DNA of 64,000 bases from Tubiluchus corallicola (taxonomy: Eukaryota; Animalia; Priapulida): the NCBI GenBank assembly GCA_030141605.1, contig JAQGDQ010000363.1, positions 124,001 to 188,000 of the forward strand, in the 5' to 3' direction. The notes under the pieces were generated by a model. It was not told the DNA's origin and did not search any database. It saw nothing but the letters and a program-made list of their open reading frames with translations. Positions 1-12,650 of this stretch are shown piece after piece. Positions within the stretch are counted from its first letter, which is position 1, and the number at the start of each line of letters is the position of its first letter. Made by a program: the position numbers and the translations under genes.

Positions 1-520
1 CTATTGTGTTTTTTAACATTCAACATAAACGAAGGCAAGTAAATAAGTGAGTAGTCACAGCGTTTGCTTGACTGTGCAGCTGAGCAATATTGGCATTGTT
101 AGTAAATGGATGGGTGACCACTAAAAAAACTTGTTTGGGGAAGTCGCATCTCTGATGCAGTCTGGTTACTTATCTATCTGGCTAGTGCCTCATCGACAGA
201 AGATATACAATACGCTTTTCTGATTCATAAGTTCAGACATACATTTCAACTTACATGATTATCTTTGATAATGAGCTAGATATTGGTCTTGCCACAACAA
301 TTCAGCCTTACAATGATCTGCTAATATGTTTTTCAGTTATTGCTGAAATTTCACTGTAGCAAATTCTTATGAATTGTAGACTCAGCAAGCAGATTGTCAT
401 TGAGTCATGCTTGTAAAACAACTTGTAACTTAGCAATTTTTAATATTATTGTAAAAATAGTAATAAACTTTTGAAATACCCTGTACATTGTAGCTGTTGC
501 TGTACCTAACCTGCACTCAC

Positions 521-655
521 CTCAGCATCGCCAAGTCTTGCGAAATCTGGCCGCAAGTAAAATATGATTCCCTTTGCTGCTCCCTCCAGGGTGGCTCCAC
601 GAATCAACAGTATTGTCAGCATGACGTAGGGAAAGGTGGCCGTGAAGTATACGAC
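521..655 (-). CDS. SLC6A: SLC6 coding exon 6 (TM5)
   Basis: [45 protein letters not shown]; acceptor TTTTGCAG, donor GTGAGT. Confidence 0.93.
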
Positions 656-3600
656 CTGCAAAATTGAAATAAGCATGTTCAGCATGCACTAGATCTAGTG
701 AGGAATTGACAAAGTGGTCATCAAGTTGAACACTGGGCTGGTCAAGTGTCCACTTCTGACTGACCACACCTGCTTAAGGTCGACAAAATTAGCTGCCGTT
801 CAGGTGAAAGAATATTAATTCTTGGCTTTGATTAAAACATAAAGACATAGTTACACTTAAAAATTACTAACATTAGCAATTCTGTGTGTTATATTTTACC
901 TTCTCTTCTTATTCCTTCACCCGAAAACAAACTAAAGTGGTAGTCTAAAACATCACGAGCTTCGTTTTTTCTTTTTTTTCAATCATGCAATTTTATTTGT
1001 CAGTTCTTTTCTTTAAGTTCATACCTTTATCCCAACATTGACTATACATACACTTAAATCATTTTTTTCTGAGAGCTAATACAAACAGATGAATAGATGC
1101 TATACAGACAGACAGATAGACGGGCAGAGGAACGGTCGGACAGTTCACACCCTTGTTGCAACATTGATCATACATGTGGTTAAACTCATTCTTGTATTGA
1201 GAGCAACCAAAAACAGGTGAACAGATGCTGTACAGACATACATACATACATACATACATACATACATACATACATACATACATACATACATACATACATA
1301 CATACATACATACATACATACATACATACATACATACATACATACATACATACATACATACATACATACATACATACATACAGACTGACTGACTGACGAC
1401 AAGCGACAGACAAGTAGATAGACAGACAGACAGACAGACAGAGACAGACAGACAGACAAGTAGATAGGCAAACAGACAGACAAGCGACAGACAAGTAGAT
1501 AGACAAACAGACAGACAGACAAGTAGAGAGACAGACAGAGAGACAGACAGACAATATCCAATGTTAAGCATAAAATGAACATGAAAATTACTTTTCCACT
1601 GGATTTGACGCTCTTCCACACAACGAAGTAGATAATAATCCATGATAAAAGCAGCGTGAGAGCAAGCTGCCAGTTTAGGACACCAGGATCTCCAACACCA
1701 GATGATCTCTGCAAGATCTTCAAACTAAAAATGAACATTAAAAACTTGTTTAAACATTATTTTAGGTAAAGCTACACAATTGGTGGAATTATTATTCCAA
1801 AAATTTATTTGTTCTCAATTATAATAAACATAATAGTAAATTTAAATAGTGAAAATTAGAAAGACACTTCTCTACATTTGTACAATATCTTAATATTGGG
1901 AGAAAAAATATATAAAACAAAGAGAGCAGGCGTACTCTGCCACTGTACTTAATAAAGCAGAATAAACCCAAATAACATGAAATAACTTTGAAGATAGAAC
2001 AGTGGATGGAAAAAGCGAACGTGCGGCATGTGAAAACTTCTGCGTAATACTATAAATCGTAATAAAATAGATGTGAATAGAATATGTAAATCATATCATC
2101 ACTACAGCTAGGAAGTTAACATTCAGACTGGATGGTGACATAAAATGTGACTTCGAGATGGGATCGTGACAAAATGTGACTTTGAGATGGGATGGTGACA
2201 TATAAATGTGACTTCGAGACGGGATGGTGACATATAAATGTGACTTCGAGACGGGATGGTGATTTAAAAAGGTGACCTATCTTTGGTTGAATATAGCTGA
2301 AAAATGTGATCTCGAGACGACATGGTGACAACGGAATCTGACTTAGAAATGGATACTGGCAAAGAAATCTGAGTGTGACCTTGAGAGCGGATTGAATGTG
2401 AAATGTGGCCTGAAGATCGCGGGTTAAAAATTAAGTGAACGTCGCCATCTTGAATTTAAGATGGCAAATCGAAAATCCGACTGAGTAATCCATGCAGAAT
2501 TCATTCTAGTATATTTTTATAAAATTTTATAACTATTTATTGTGAATTAGCGACAAGCAGAACGTTAATCATGCTCACCGCGAGGCGTCTTAGTTCAAAA
2601 TTTGTGTTACATAAATAAACTTTACCCTATTTTCCTTTTTATAATCATGGTTAAAAAAAGATGTCAGTGGGGCTTATGTAACTCGAACAGTCGATATAAG
2701 GATCGTCTACGGATGGAACAAACAAATTTACCACATTTTCGCGGCCTAACAAAAAATTTGAATAATTTTTCAATTTTTACAAGCATCTGAAAATCCAGCT
2801 AGGCACAGACACGCATTTCCAATATTGCTTTGAAATTTTACTAGACAAAACAATAAAATTCTGGTTTTGTTGCTGTTAATTTTAAATAAATGTTTAGTAC
2901 GAATTTTTGCCGATAGATGTCACAATTCTCACTTGTTGGCTCGGCTTCCGTAGCAACTTTGTAACAACACAGCAAATAAGTTACTCGATGCAACTAGCAC
3001 AACACAAGTTGTTGTTTTAGAAGTTTATTGCTCATATATACATTAGGTAACACTGAGTTTATTGGGGAGAGTTGGGGTAGATCCTTGCTTCTTCAGTCAA
3101 GCAAATGTTGCCTCAGCAAGGGCTTATCCTTTCAACGATCAGCCCTTCACTGTTGTAAGTCACAAGGTGCATCGGGCCAGCTGTGAACTGGAGACCCACA
3201 GAATAGGTAATAGAGGGTAAGCTATGATCTACACTGTGATGAACCCAGCTGTAACTGTGCATGCGCCCGTTTGCGAGACGGGAGCGACAGGTTGATCCGA
3301 TCTCCGAACTCGACCTTTTGATGTTTTAAACATAAATTAAGTTTCAGCCCAAACAATAGCGCCCCTCGACGGCGTTTACTTTTGAATGAAAGAGAAAGGA
3401 ACGATGTGTAGCATCCGATTACCGAAGCCAGAATTTATTCCTTTTATCAGTCTATAACTCACAGGCGGCATAAACTGGGCATAATTCCGGTGGAATTCTC
3501 CCTCAGCTTCTGTACGGAAATAATTCTCAAGACAAAACTGAAATTCAAGCAGCGCAGGTAACTAACTGATTTTTTAAACATGTTTCTTTACAGCCATAGA

Positions 3601-6600
3601 TTCAGAGGGCACGCGTAATGGGTAAAATCACACAAGTTGGCACAAAATATTAAGCAATTTTTAGTTTAATCAATATTGACCTTATTTTGTTGCCCGCTAA
3701 TGAAACTACATGTATATTCTTTTCTCTGGATTATATAGCAAATGTCATAATTTTAAAAATTACTAATGTTTTCTAAATTAAACTGATAACATTAATGCCC
3801 ACCAGTGTCTAAAAATCTTTTTATCTATATTCGGTAAAGGATAGCAGACTAGGTGACTTTATAGTCTTTTCGCTATCCTTTCTCTAGTTCTAGATCTATC
3901 TATACATTTTAACCATTCTTCAAAACTTATTAGAGATTCGTTTATTAATCATGTTTTATTGTAGCATTATAAAGACATAAATAAATTAAAATTGAACTGA
4001 AATTGAATTGAATTGAATTAATAAGTTTCATGTTTTTAAATCGCTTAATTACGGCTACTTTGCAAATTGATTTGATCCGCCAACTTGGCGCTAGCATTTT
4101 TTCCACCTAGCAAAAAGGGTAAAGCATGTATACCCTGAAATTCTCGCATAACGCAGTCTATCTTCAAAGACAAAAACTGTCTCATTTTGTGAAGTGTGGT
4201 TTATATGCTTGCTTCAACACATATGGAGAAGTTCTGAGGGTAATTGCTAAGACATTAGAATACAAATAAAATACAGGTGAGCTTTATTTTTATAAATCAT
4301 TAATAACACTATACATTGCTCTCTCAGTTTAAGTCACATGCTTACAAAGCCAACTGACCAGGTAAGTTTTTTCCATGAAGCAAGGAAGCCAGCAATTCAA
4401 TGATGGTAAATGTTATGCATACTAGTTCAAGGATGAAAGTTTAGACAGTATATAAAGAAATAGACTTATTTTATAGCTGAAATTTCTTGTGTGGGATTTT
4501 TAATGTTTTAACAAGAGAATGTAATAATATGACTAATGATCATAATTAAGAACTAATAAAAAATAAGATAAAGAAATCGTGAGCTTCACGACAACACATT
4601 AATCTGTTTAAACTATTGACACGTCTTGCAGAAATTGCTGGTAGAAAAAATGGACAAATGACAAACCTGATTTGTAGAATTTATACAACTGAAATAATTA
4701 TTGATTTTAAATTTATACAACGCTGGATTTCATTATCTGCATTCACACTAAACTCATATTAGCGAGGAAAGAAACGACTTACTCCCAGAATTCCGACGCT
4801 GAATCAACAAAAGTCTTGGCTTCTCTTAATTCTTGTCTTTCCTCCTTCGTCATATTTCCATAGAAATTTTTGGTTAATACGGCACAACTAAAAGAAAAAA
4901 GCTGATGAAGTTCTAAAAGAAGCAGTCAGATGAATCTCGACAGTTAAACGTTATGGAGTTGTGTTGCAAAGATTTTTGTTTCAAATCAAGTTTAGTTCTA
5001 ACTTCTTAACTTTCTTTCGGTTTAACTTTGTTTTAAAAATTTATTTAATAACAAAATTGAATGAATTCAGATCCGAATCCGCGAGCGTAACGCTGTCACG
5101 TGTTTACCCTGACTATTCCTGGTTGAGTATGGTAAACTGTGGTCAATATTTGTAGCTCAAGCATGATTGACCAGTATGTATGATGCTCGTGACTAATTTG
5201 AAATTTCATGACTCTTCTTGAGTTGTATAATGTTACAACTGGAGAGACAAATCCATTTGCCCTAATTTTCACAATTTGGCTCCTGTTTCGGATCTGTAAG
5301 CAATCCGAGGCTTTTTTTACTTTTATCTACTTATTTTTCTGAGACCCCGCTCCAGGTACCAGACCCCGCTCCAGGTACCACACTCCGGTCCAGGTACCAG
5401 ACCCCACTCCAGGTACCAGACCCCACTCCAGGTACCAGACCCCACTCCAGGTACCAGACCCCGCTCCAGGTACATACTTTGCAAGCTTCGTGATTCTAGT
5501 CAGTACAGTTTTAGGGTAAGGCATTGTTATGCTTTCTGACTCCTATATCAGGGTCCTATTATCTCAGGCCCTTAAAAATTCTACGTACACATCTGCCTCA
5601 CAATACCCATAATACTTTGTACGCTTACACACTACGGCGGAAATTTGTTTATAGTTTTTTACACTTACACACTACACTACACTTACAACGGAGAAAGTAA
5701 GATCTTATCTTTTCTGCATTTTCAATATCGATGGTGGCTGTTTGCAATAAATTTGCAAAAATTGAAAATGAGTCAGATTAGTATTCCGTAATTGATAAAG
5801 TTTAATCTCAACGCCAACTGCCCAAATTACACTGTAAAAAGGTTCAAAAATAGAAACAATAATAGTAACATACTAAAAAATACAATTATACAAGATAATA
5901 CAATACAATGCAATACAACACAATACAATACAATTACAATACCATACAATACAATATAATACAATACAATACAACACAACACAACACAATACAACACAAT
6001 ACAATACAATACAATACAATACAATACAATACAATACAATACAATACAATACAATACAATACAATACAATACAATACAATACAATACAATACAATACAAT
6101 ACAATACAATACAATACAATACAATGGAATGCAATACAATACAATGCGAGCTAAAAGAAAAGTGATAGTTTACCTGTTTGTGTTCCATGGATTGTCACAG
6201 TGAGACCACGGCAACACATCTGTGAAACTGTAGAACATATACAAGAAGGCCCACGCCATGACTATAATATAGTAGAAATTGAGAAGACACACAATAGCTA
6301 CTGTGCCATATCCAATACCTGGAAAAAAACATGACAAACATAAGAAAACGTTTTATATTTTAAGTCTCATGGGAAACATAGTCAAAGATAAGCAACATTC
6401 TTAATTTTTATCTACGACACAAAGTGAGGACGGTGATGAACTGATTTACCAGCGGAATCATGCTTAAGCTAAGCAAAATTGTATGTGTATAACAAGATGA
6501 AACAATACTAGACATACATTTCCAGCGAATTGCGTTCTTGAGATGATTTTCTGGCATACTGCCGTGCTTATAAGTTTCAAAATTGTGTGTTTCTGTCAAC

Positions 6601-9600
6601 AACAGATGATAATCGCCAAGCTGAATCTAATGAATTGCGTTTTTTTAGAAATTCCCAGGGATGAGCATGCTTAAAATAGGAAAAATTGTGTGAATATGAC
6701 AACATGAAATAATAACCATTGTGCCATGTAGTGTATCACGTTCTTAAAATGATTTGTCAACATTAGCATGCTCAAAATACGCAAAATTGTGTGATTATGA
6801 CAACATAAAATGATAACCGTTGTGCCATATTCAGTGAATCATGTTGTTGAGGTGATTCGACAGCATTAGTAATCCCAAAATAAGCAAAATTGTATATTGA
6901 CAAAATGTATAGAAAACATTGTGGCCATTATATCTAAAATATTTCACTAAGAACAACAATGCTAATGTGGGTTAATTTAAGATATGCTTTAACGATTTTG
7001 GTTAATTACAGTTCACGATGTTAGAAACATTTCTACTGACTGCAAAATACTAGACAGGCAAAACAGCCTATTAAAGGAAGACCGGACGATTGTTTTAAAT
7101 CGTTTTAATTTAGTGTCCAAAATATACGTTTTCTTGTTTAAATAAAATTAACAATTGTTCCTTATGATTGAATGATTAACTTACAAAGTTATTTAACGGC
7201 AACCGAACACAGGTATTGCTTACGTCAGAAACTAACCACAGTTTGTGCAATAGCAGTCGTCTTCCCTTGTGCCGCTAGTTGTGCGTCAAGCACATTTGCA
7301 TAGGTGTTACAGTACTGTTTAAACGCATGATGTCAGAAACTAACAAAACAGCTCATGATCATGGTTATCACGGTACCGCCTTCTATTTGTCCTCTACGCG
7401 CACGTGACAAAAAAGCGCCGCTGCCAATCTTAGTAGATTCACTGAACCGCGCGTAGATTTGAAAGTTTAACGAAATTTGAATATTCGAGGTAATTATTAT
7501 TTAATCTAAGCTTTGATTTAAAAAAGCTATAGTAGTTTTCAATATTATAGAGCATTCTGAATTCGTGCTTACGCAATCATCCGGTTTTCCTTTAAATGAC
7601 CGATAACCAATAACTACAACATCGTTATCTCATTTAAAACAAATGATTACGTAAAAGTTAGAACGATATGCCGATAACATGTTCTTTCTAGCTGTACTGA
7701 CTCTGTTGTAATTCTGCACAACGAAAATCGAAAACAAACCTTTAAATAAAGGACACATTTTCCATACTGTTACACAACCTTCGCTGGTGAATTGCCCCAT
7801 GGCGACTTCCAGGAAAAATACAGGAAAGCCTGCTCCAAGTGCACATATCAAATAAGGTATGAGAAAAGCACCTGTTAAACACAATAGTAATTGTAGGTAG
7901 GTAGATGCACAGTAAAAAGCAATTAAAGATATGCTTTAATAATCAGCTCCTATGACATTTTAACAAAGTCATTTTATGTTTAAGTTTTATGAAATTTTAT
8001 ATGTAAATGTTACTAAAAGAACATATGTACGGTTAACACACATCAAATTTCAATTTGCTGTTATTACTGCGCAATAATTCTCTATGCTTGGTGATTTCTT
8101 ACTCCGTATGTTGTGTTTTGTGTTGTTGTATTGTAAATGCCACACCAAAATACATAAATATATGCAAACACAAGAACGGAAAGTCACTGTAAATGATTGT
8201 TTTATTTTGACACTAATAAATGTAGAAAAGTCTTGACAATATCTAATATCGTAAGTTATAAAGCTCTGTGACGTTTGATGTAAAATAAACAGAAAAATTT
8301 TACACAGGTGATTTAATCAGCTTTATCAAGTGCCTCATAGAAAGAAAAAACACTTTCCAAATCACTGTAATAATAAGTTATAAAAGTAAACAAATTAGGC
8401 CGTACATGACAGACATTTACGTCATGAAATCAACAAAAAATAGAGATTTTTGAAAGACACCTTCCCCTACAATCAAGGCCATAAGAAATGCCCGATTATG
8501 ATCTTTTGGGGGCCCATAGGGTAATGAAACTATGGGTACTCTCAGACGGACCCCACTCTCTAACTCGCCCGCCTCTCATTAGTATACGGGCCGATTTTTC
8601 CAGGCGTGGGCTGGGCCACTTTTGTCCGAAAAATACAGGGCTAACCAAGAGAGAAAGTCCCGAGTCGGCAATTGCCTCATCCCACCCCATGACTAAAAAA
8701 ATTACCCGAATTTTGGGCACTTCATTTGGACACAGACAAATTTGGAGATTTGCTTTTATGAAAAAGATTATTTTCTTTTTCCATCATTTGGCCGGTGTCT
8801 GAAAAATTTGGTGATTATCCGAATCCGGGGACTGCAACCCCTCAACTCGTACGCCTATGTCGCCCCTTCTTGAATATTCTTTTACTCATCATTAACTTGA
8901 AGTAAACTTATTGCAAATTCCCTAAACATAGAATAGCTATCTTTTGTTTGTCAATCTGTAAGGTATGCCACTATTTTACTATTTATTGCAAAGCAAATTA
9001 GCACATATTTCAACATAAGCACAGAGAAAAATCAGATTTTTTTACCACTGTTAGGAAAACTTGAGGGGACCCTAGGCTGGAGCCTATACTAGCATATAGG
9101 ATAATCTAGTCCTGTTTAGGTTTTAGGATTTTCATGAGGATACATACTAGTTTGAGATATGAAGACTAATTCATTTTTTATAGAAATTACAAAAATACCT
9201 CAATTATAAAAGAAACTCATTTTATTAACACAAATCTACAAACTTTGCACATAAAACAGTTTGCACATTCAGAAATGCAAAGTTTGAAACTAAAGAGCAA
9301 CAGCGTTTAACCCTCTCCAAGCGAACGACACAATAAATTTACCAAATTTCAAACAAATTGTAATTGAGTTAAAGCATTGATTAAATTTCAGGCGCCCGAC
9401 ACATGCTGGCAACATCTACTTAGAGTTCAGAAGTAAGTAAGTAAGTTTATTAGTTTATCACCATTTTTAAAATAGCAAAATACGTAACTAAGAGATTTAT
9501 AAATCTGTACGACATACAGTATTACAAAGTGCAAACGTAATTATTGATTAGTGGTGAAAGGGTTGTGAAAGAACTATAAGTTATCCAGGTCAGCCACCCT

Positions 9601-12018
9601 CTCAGAATTGTTACTAATATAATTAATTAATTAATGCGCATGTACCAGGTAATTAAAAAATTTCAGATTTTGAATTTAAGACGAATGAAAATTGAATTAT
9701 TATACGAATGTGTTAGTTTATAATAAAATAATGTTCAATAATGGGAAAGAAGAGACACATGTGACTACCTTTAAATAATAATTTAACCATTACGTATATA
9801 AAATTAATATTGTGAGGACCTAGAACCAAAAGGAAGAAAAAAAATTATTTTTCGCTTGTAGCTAGCAAAAGTGGATAAACATGTATGTTTTTATGGAGAG
9901 TTGTCACGTGCTACTTAAGTGTCTTTGACCATCAAGAATTTATGTTATAAAAGAATGTGGTCTTATTTGTTTAAAACTTTTAGAAGTGTGACCTCTGTGA
10001 AATTCTAGCAAACTTCTCAAGGGACCGTCTTAAGGACGTTCTATTCGAGGCACAAATGTAGAACTGCAAAACGAAGAAACTGCTGTATAGTTTTAATGTT
10101 ATGCAGCTACTGTATTTGTCTTCCATGAACATACTGGGTGTGATGGCAAAAATGTTTCTTCTAAAAACAGATGAATATCCCCCTAAATTAAGTTCACTCA
10201 TTTAGCGCACAGAGGAAATAAGGAGCCTGTGTAAGTCCTGCTGCCAGTACTGTGATGTCACTATCGTCAACATCATCATCATCACCTTCGCCGTCATAAC
10301 TATCATCAAAATCATCTTCGTCTTTGTCATTATAATCATCATCATCATCGTCGTCATCATCGTCATCATCGTCATCATTATATATGATAAGTCGTCAGGG
10401 CTTTCACACTCACCTAAAATCCAAAGTACTATTTAGGCGAATAAAACATGCTCCACTAAGAGGAAGGTTCTGAAACTTATCTGGCAGACTAAAGATCTCT
10501 ACCTGTAAGTGTTAGTAGTGTAGGGCGCTCCAGTTCTGCAATAGCTGTTGGGTTTGCAAACGAATATATGTCCAAATATTATTGTCTCACCTTGAGCGTA
10601 GGCGACTTGACAGGAGGGGGGGTAGAACAAGCCTATTTTAAAAGGCGGAGAAAGGTTTTAGGGACGTCAGTCGTGTGTGTATAATTCTCTTACAAACTAT
10701 TTGTAGAGGTAGCACAACTATCGGCTGCAAATTGCTCGTTGCGCCCTCTTCAGCTGTTATCAGTCAACTGCAGACCGTCTCTTCAAAGAGAAAAAGCTCT
10801 TCAAGTTGAAAAAGAGAGCTCTGGGCATTTATCAAGAGTAAACGCACATAAAACACTGTTAACAGCCATTCCATCTTTGACGATTGAGCAGCCTCTCGTC
10901 ACTATGGTTACTTAACTCGTTAGTTTATCTATCTCAGCCTGGCTGAACCTACGGAAGCTGAGAATAACCGTTAATTGTGAAACGAGAGGCTAAATTCGTC
11001 TTTCTAACGTCTTCCTGAACAAATTAACAGCGCATCAATGTCTAAACTCCGCAAAACAGTCATTCCTGTATCAAGTTAGCAGTGAAATTGAATACTAAAA
11101 GAACAATTCCATGTTTTATATAGTTTGGACAACAGAAAAGTAATAATAAATAAAAAAAATATTAATTATTTTCACTGAGGTTTTCATACGGGCATCTTCA
11201 CGTTTTCTTTCGTGCATCTCCGCACTTTTTTAGCGCTTTCACACGATTTTTCTCACATATCTTCTGACGTTTTCACAAAGGTTCACACTGATTCAGACTT
11301 TCATGAGGTCCCACACGGATGTTTTGAGTATCTTCACACATCTTCTGATTTGTTAGTTTTATATAATCTTAAATTGTTTCATGGAGATCTATACACCATC
11401 AGACATTTTAATACACACAAAGTACCACACAATTGAGACATTTTACCCGGCTCCACACGTCTTTAAGGGTTTTCATACGAGCATCTTTACGTTTTCTTTC
11501 GCGCAGCTCTGCACATTTTTAGCGCTTTCACGTTATTATTCACACATCTTCATTGGTTTCACAACGGCTCCACCCATCATTAGACGTTTTTACACGTCTT
11601 CACACGTGCTTTTGCTCAGATATGTTGTTATGGTTGCGCCCTTTTTCAGAGCCCCCTAGCACTGTTATGCAGATTTTCCAAGCCTTTAAATAGCTGCTGA
11701 TGTGAACACATATGTTAAGCTGAATGACTATGTATTATAATGCTACACTAATTTTAAGACGTGTTGAGCCGTGGGAACACCCACCCCATACTCACCTCCT
11801 CCATTTTTGAAGCACAGATAGGGAAATCTCCATACATTGCCTAATCCCACTGCATAACCGATACAGGATAAAAGGAAATCCGCTTTGCCTCCCCATTTTT
11901 CTCTCTCAGGTATGTCAGAGTCGGTTGCCTTTCCCTCCTCTGTCGTCATCAGTCCCGTGTCTGGACCCGGTCCATTTGGCTCAGGCTCCGTTATAGGAAC
12001 CTTCTGCTTCTTTCCCAT
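521..12018 (-). CDS. SLC6A: SLC6 sodium/chloride-dependent transporter (GABA/taurine/creatine branch), 5' part; exons 12018-11796, 7871-7740, 6318-6174, 4887-4783, 1724-1592, 655-521; continues off the left edge
   Basis: Six GT-AG exons join in frame (phases 1,1,2,2,0,0; 873 nt, 291 codons). They give hallmark SLC6 motifs: [107 protein letters not shown]. Exact paralogue not assignable. Confidence 0.95.
1237..1552. repeat. compound (CATA)n/(CAGA)n microsatellite
   Basis: direct reading. Confidence 0.95.
1592..1724 (-). CDS. SLC6A: SLC6 coding exon 5 (TM4)
   Basis: [45 protein letters not shown]; acceptor CATTTTTAG, donor GTAATT. Confidence 0.93.
2129..2340. repeat. degenerate ~32-bp minisatellite (GATGGTGACATATAAATGTGACTTCGAGACGG)
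   Basis: about 5-6 imperfect tandem copies. Confidence 0.75.
2647..2790 (+). pseudogene. THAP-domain-like N-terminal remnant, probably from a DNA transposon
   Basis: [21 protein letters not shown] fits the M-x3-4-C-x4-C THAP start seen in transposon-encoded proteins; truncated. Confidence 0.4.
4783..4887 (-). CDS. SLC6A: SLC6 coding exon 4 (EL2)
   Basis: [35 protein letters not shown]; acceptor TTTCTTTTAG, donor GTAAGT; supplies the second EL2 Cys and the EFW motif. Confidence 0.9.
5342..5473. repeat. 19-bp minisatellite (AGACCCCRCTCCAGGTACC) x~7
   Basis: direct reading. Confidence 0.9.
5895..6145. repeat. (ACAAT)n pentanucleotide microsatellite
   Basis: direct reading. Confidence 0.95.
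6174..6318 (-). CDS. SLC6A: SLC6 coding exon 3 (TM3, start of EL2)
   Basis: [48 protein letters not shown]; acceptor TTTTTTCCAG, donor GTAAAC; not in ORF track. Confidence 0.93.
6455..6930. repeat. degenerate ~103-bp tandem repeat
   Basis: variants of CATGCT..AAAATA.GCAAAATTGTGTG..TATGACAACAT recur near 6460, 6663, 6766 and 6868. Confidence 0.6.
7075..7591. mobile_element. Kolobok/T2-type MITE, complete copy
   Basis: TTAA on both sides; termini AGGAAGACCGGACGATTG...CAATCATCCGGTTTTCCT; further copies at 18276 and 15990. Confidence 0.8.
7740..7871 (-). CDS. SLC6A: SLC6 coding exon 2 (TM2)
   Basis: [44 protein letters not shown]; acceptor TTAACAG, donor GTTTGT. Confidence 0.93.
8577..8859. 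mobile_element. degenerate hAT-like MITE
   Basis: imperfect TIR CATTAGTATACG / CGTACGCCTATG; flanks CCGCCTCT and TCGCCCCT (6/8 match). Confidence 0.4.
9434..10200 (-). mobile_element. decayed LINE (L2/CR1 group) 3' remnant
   Basis: minus strand ends AATAAAC(TTAC)n; decayed KI*N..LP-like motif upstream. Confidence 0.35.
11179..11610. repeat. ~290-bp diverged tandem duplication
   Basis: GGTTTTCATACG.GCATCTT.ACGTTTTCTTTCG.GCA...TTTTAGCGCTTTCAC at 11179 and 11469. Confidence 0.7.
11796..12018 (-). CDS. SLC6A: SLC6 first coding exon (N-tail, TM1)
   Basis: MGKKQ...[15 protein letters not shown]; acceptor TTTTATTTTAG immediately before the ATG; donor G|GTGAGT. Confidence 0.95.
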
Positions 12019-12351
12019 CTAAAATAAAAACAGTTGAACAAAATTTCTGTTTGTAAACATAATAAACATATATAGCTTCTCATTAAAATACTAACAAAGT
12101 GTTTATACGACATATGAAATGTAAAAAATATCATATAAAACATACTTTTATGTTTTAAATCTCATATATTTGTAAATGTCGTTTATACATTTTGTCTGCT
12201 AAGCTGCTTTTTGATTTTAAGCTTTTTAGTCAGGATGAAAGAAATCAGCAGTAGGGCTTGAGTTTGTAAATAAACACCAATTAGTAGGAATTGTAAAAAA
12301 ATGAATGCTTTGTTTTTAAGGACAAAAATAACAACAATAAGTTTATTGATG

Positions 12352-12650
12352 CAATACACTGCAATACAATACAATACAGTACAGTACAGTACAGTACAGT
12401 ACAGTACAGTACAGTACAGTACAGTGCAGTGCAGTGCAGTGCAGTGCAGTGCAATGCAGTGCAGTGCAGTGCAGTGCAGTACAGTACAGTACAGTACAGT
12501 ACAGTACAGTACAGTACAACACAACACAACACAACACAACACAACACAACACAACACAACACAATGCAATGCAATGCAATGCAATGCAATGCAATAGAAT
12601 ACAGTGCAATGCAATGCAATGCAATGCAATATGATACAATGCAATACAGC
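12352..12650. repeat. compound pentanucleotide microsatellite (ACAAT/ACAGT/GCAGT/ACAAC/GCAAT)
   Basis: direct reading. Confidence 0.95.

Noticed and set aside
522-767. 81-aa ORF in the track
   Set aside because: Wrong frame; overlaps the true SLC6 exon 655-521.
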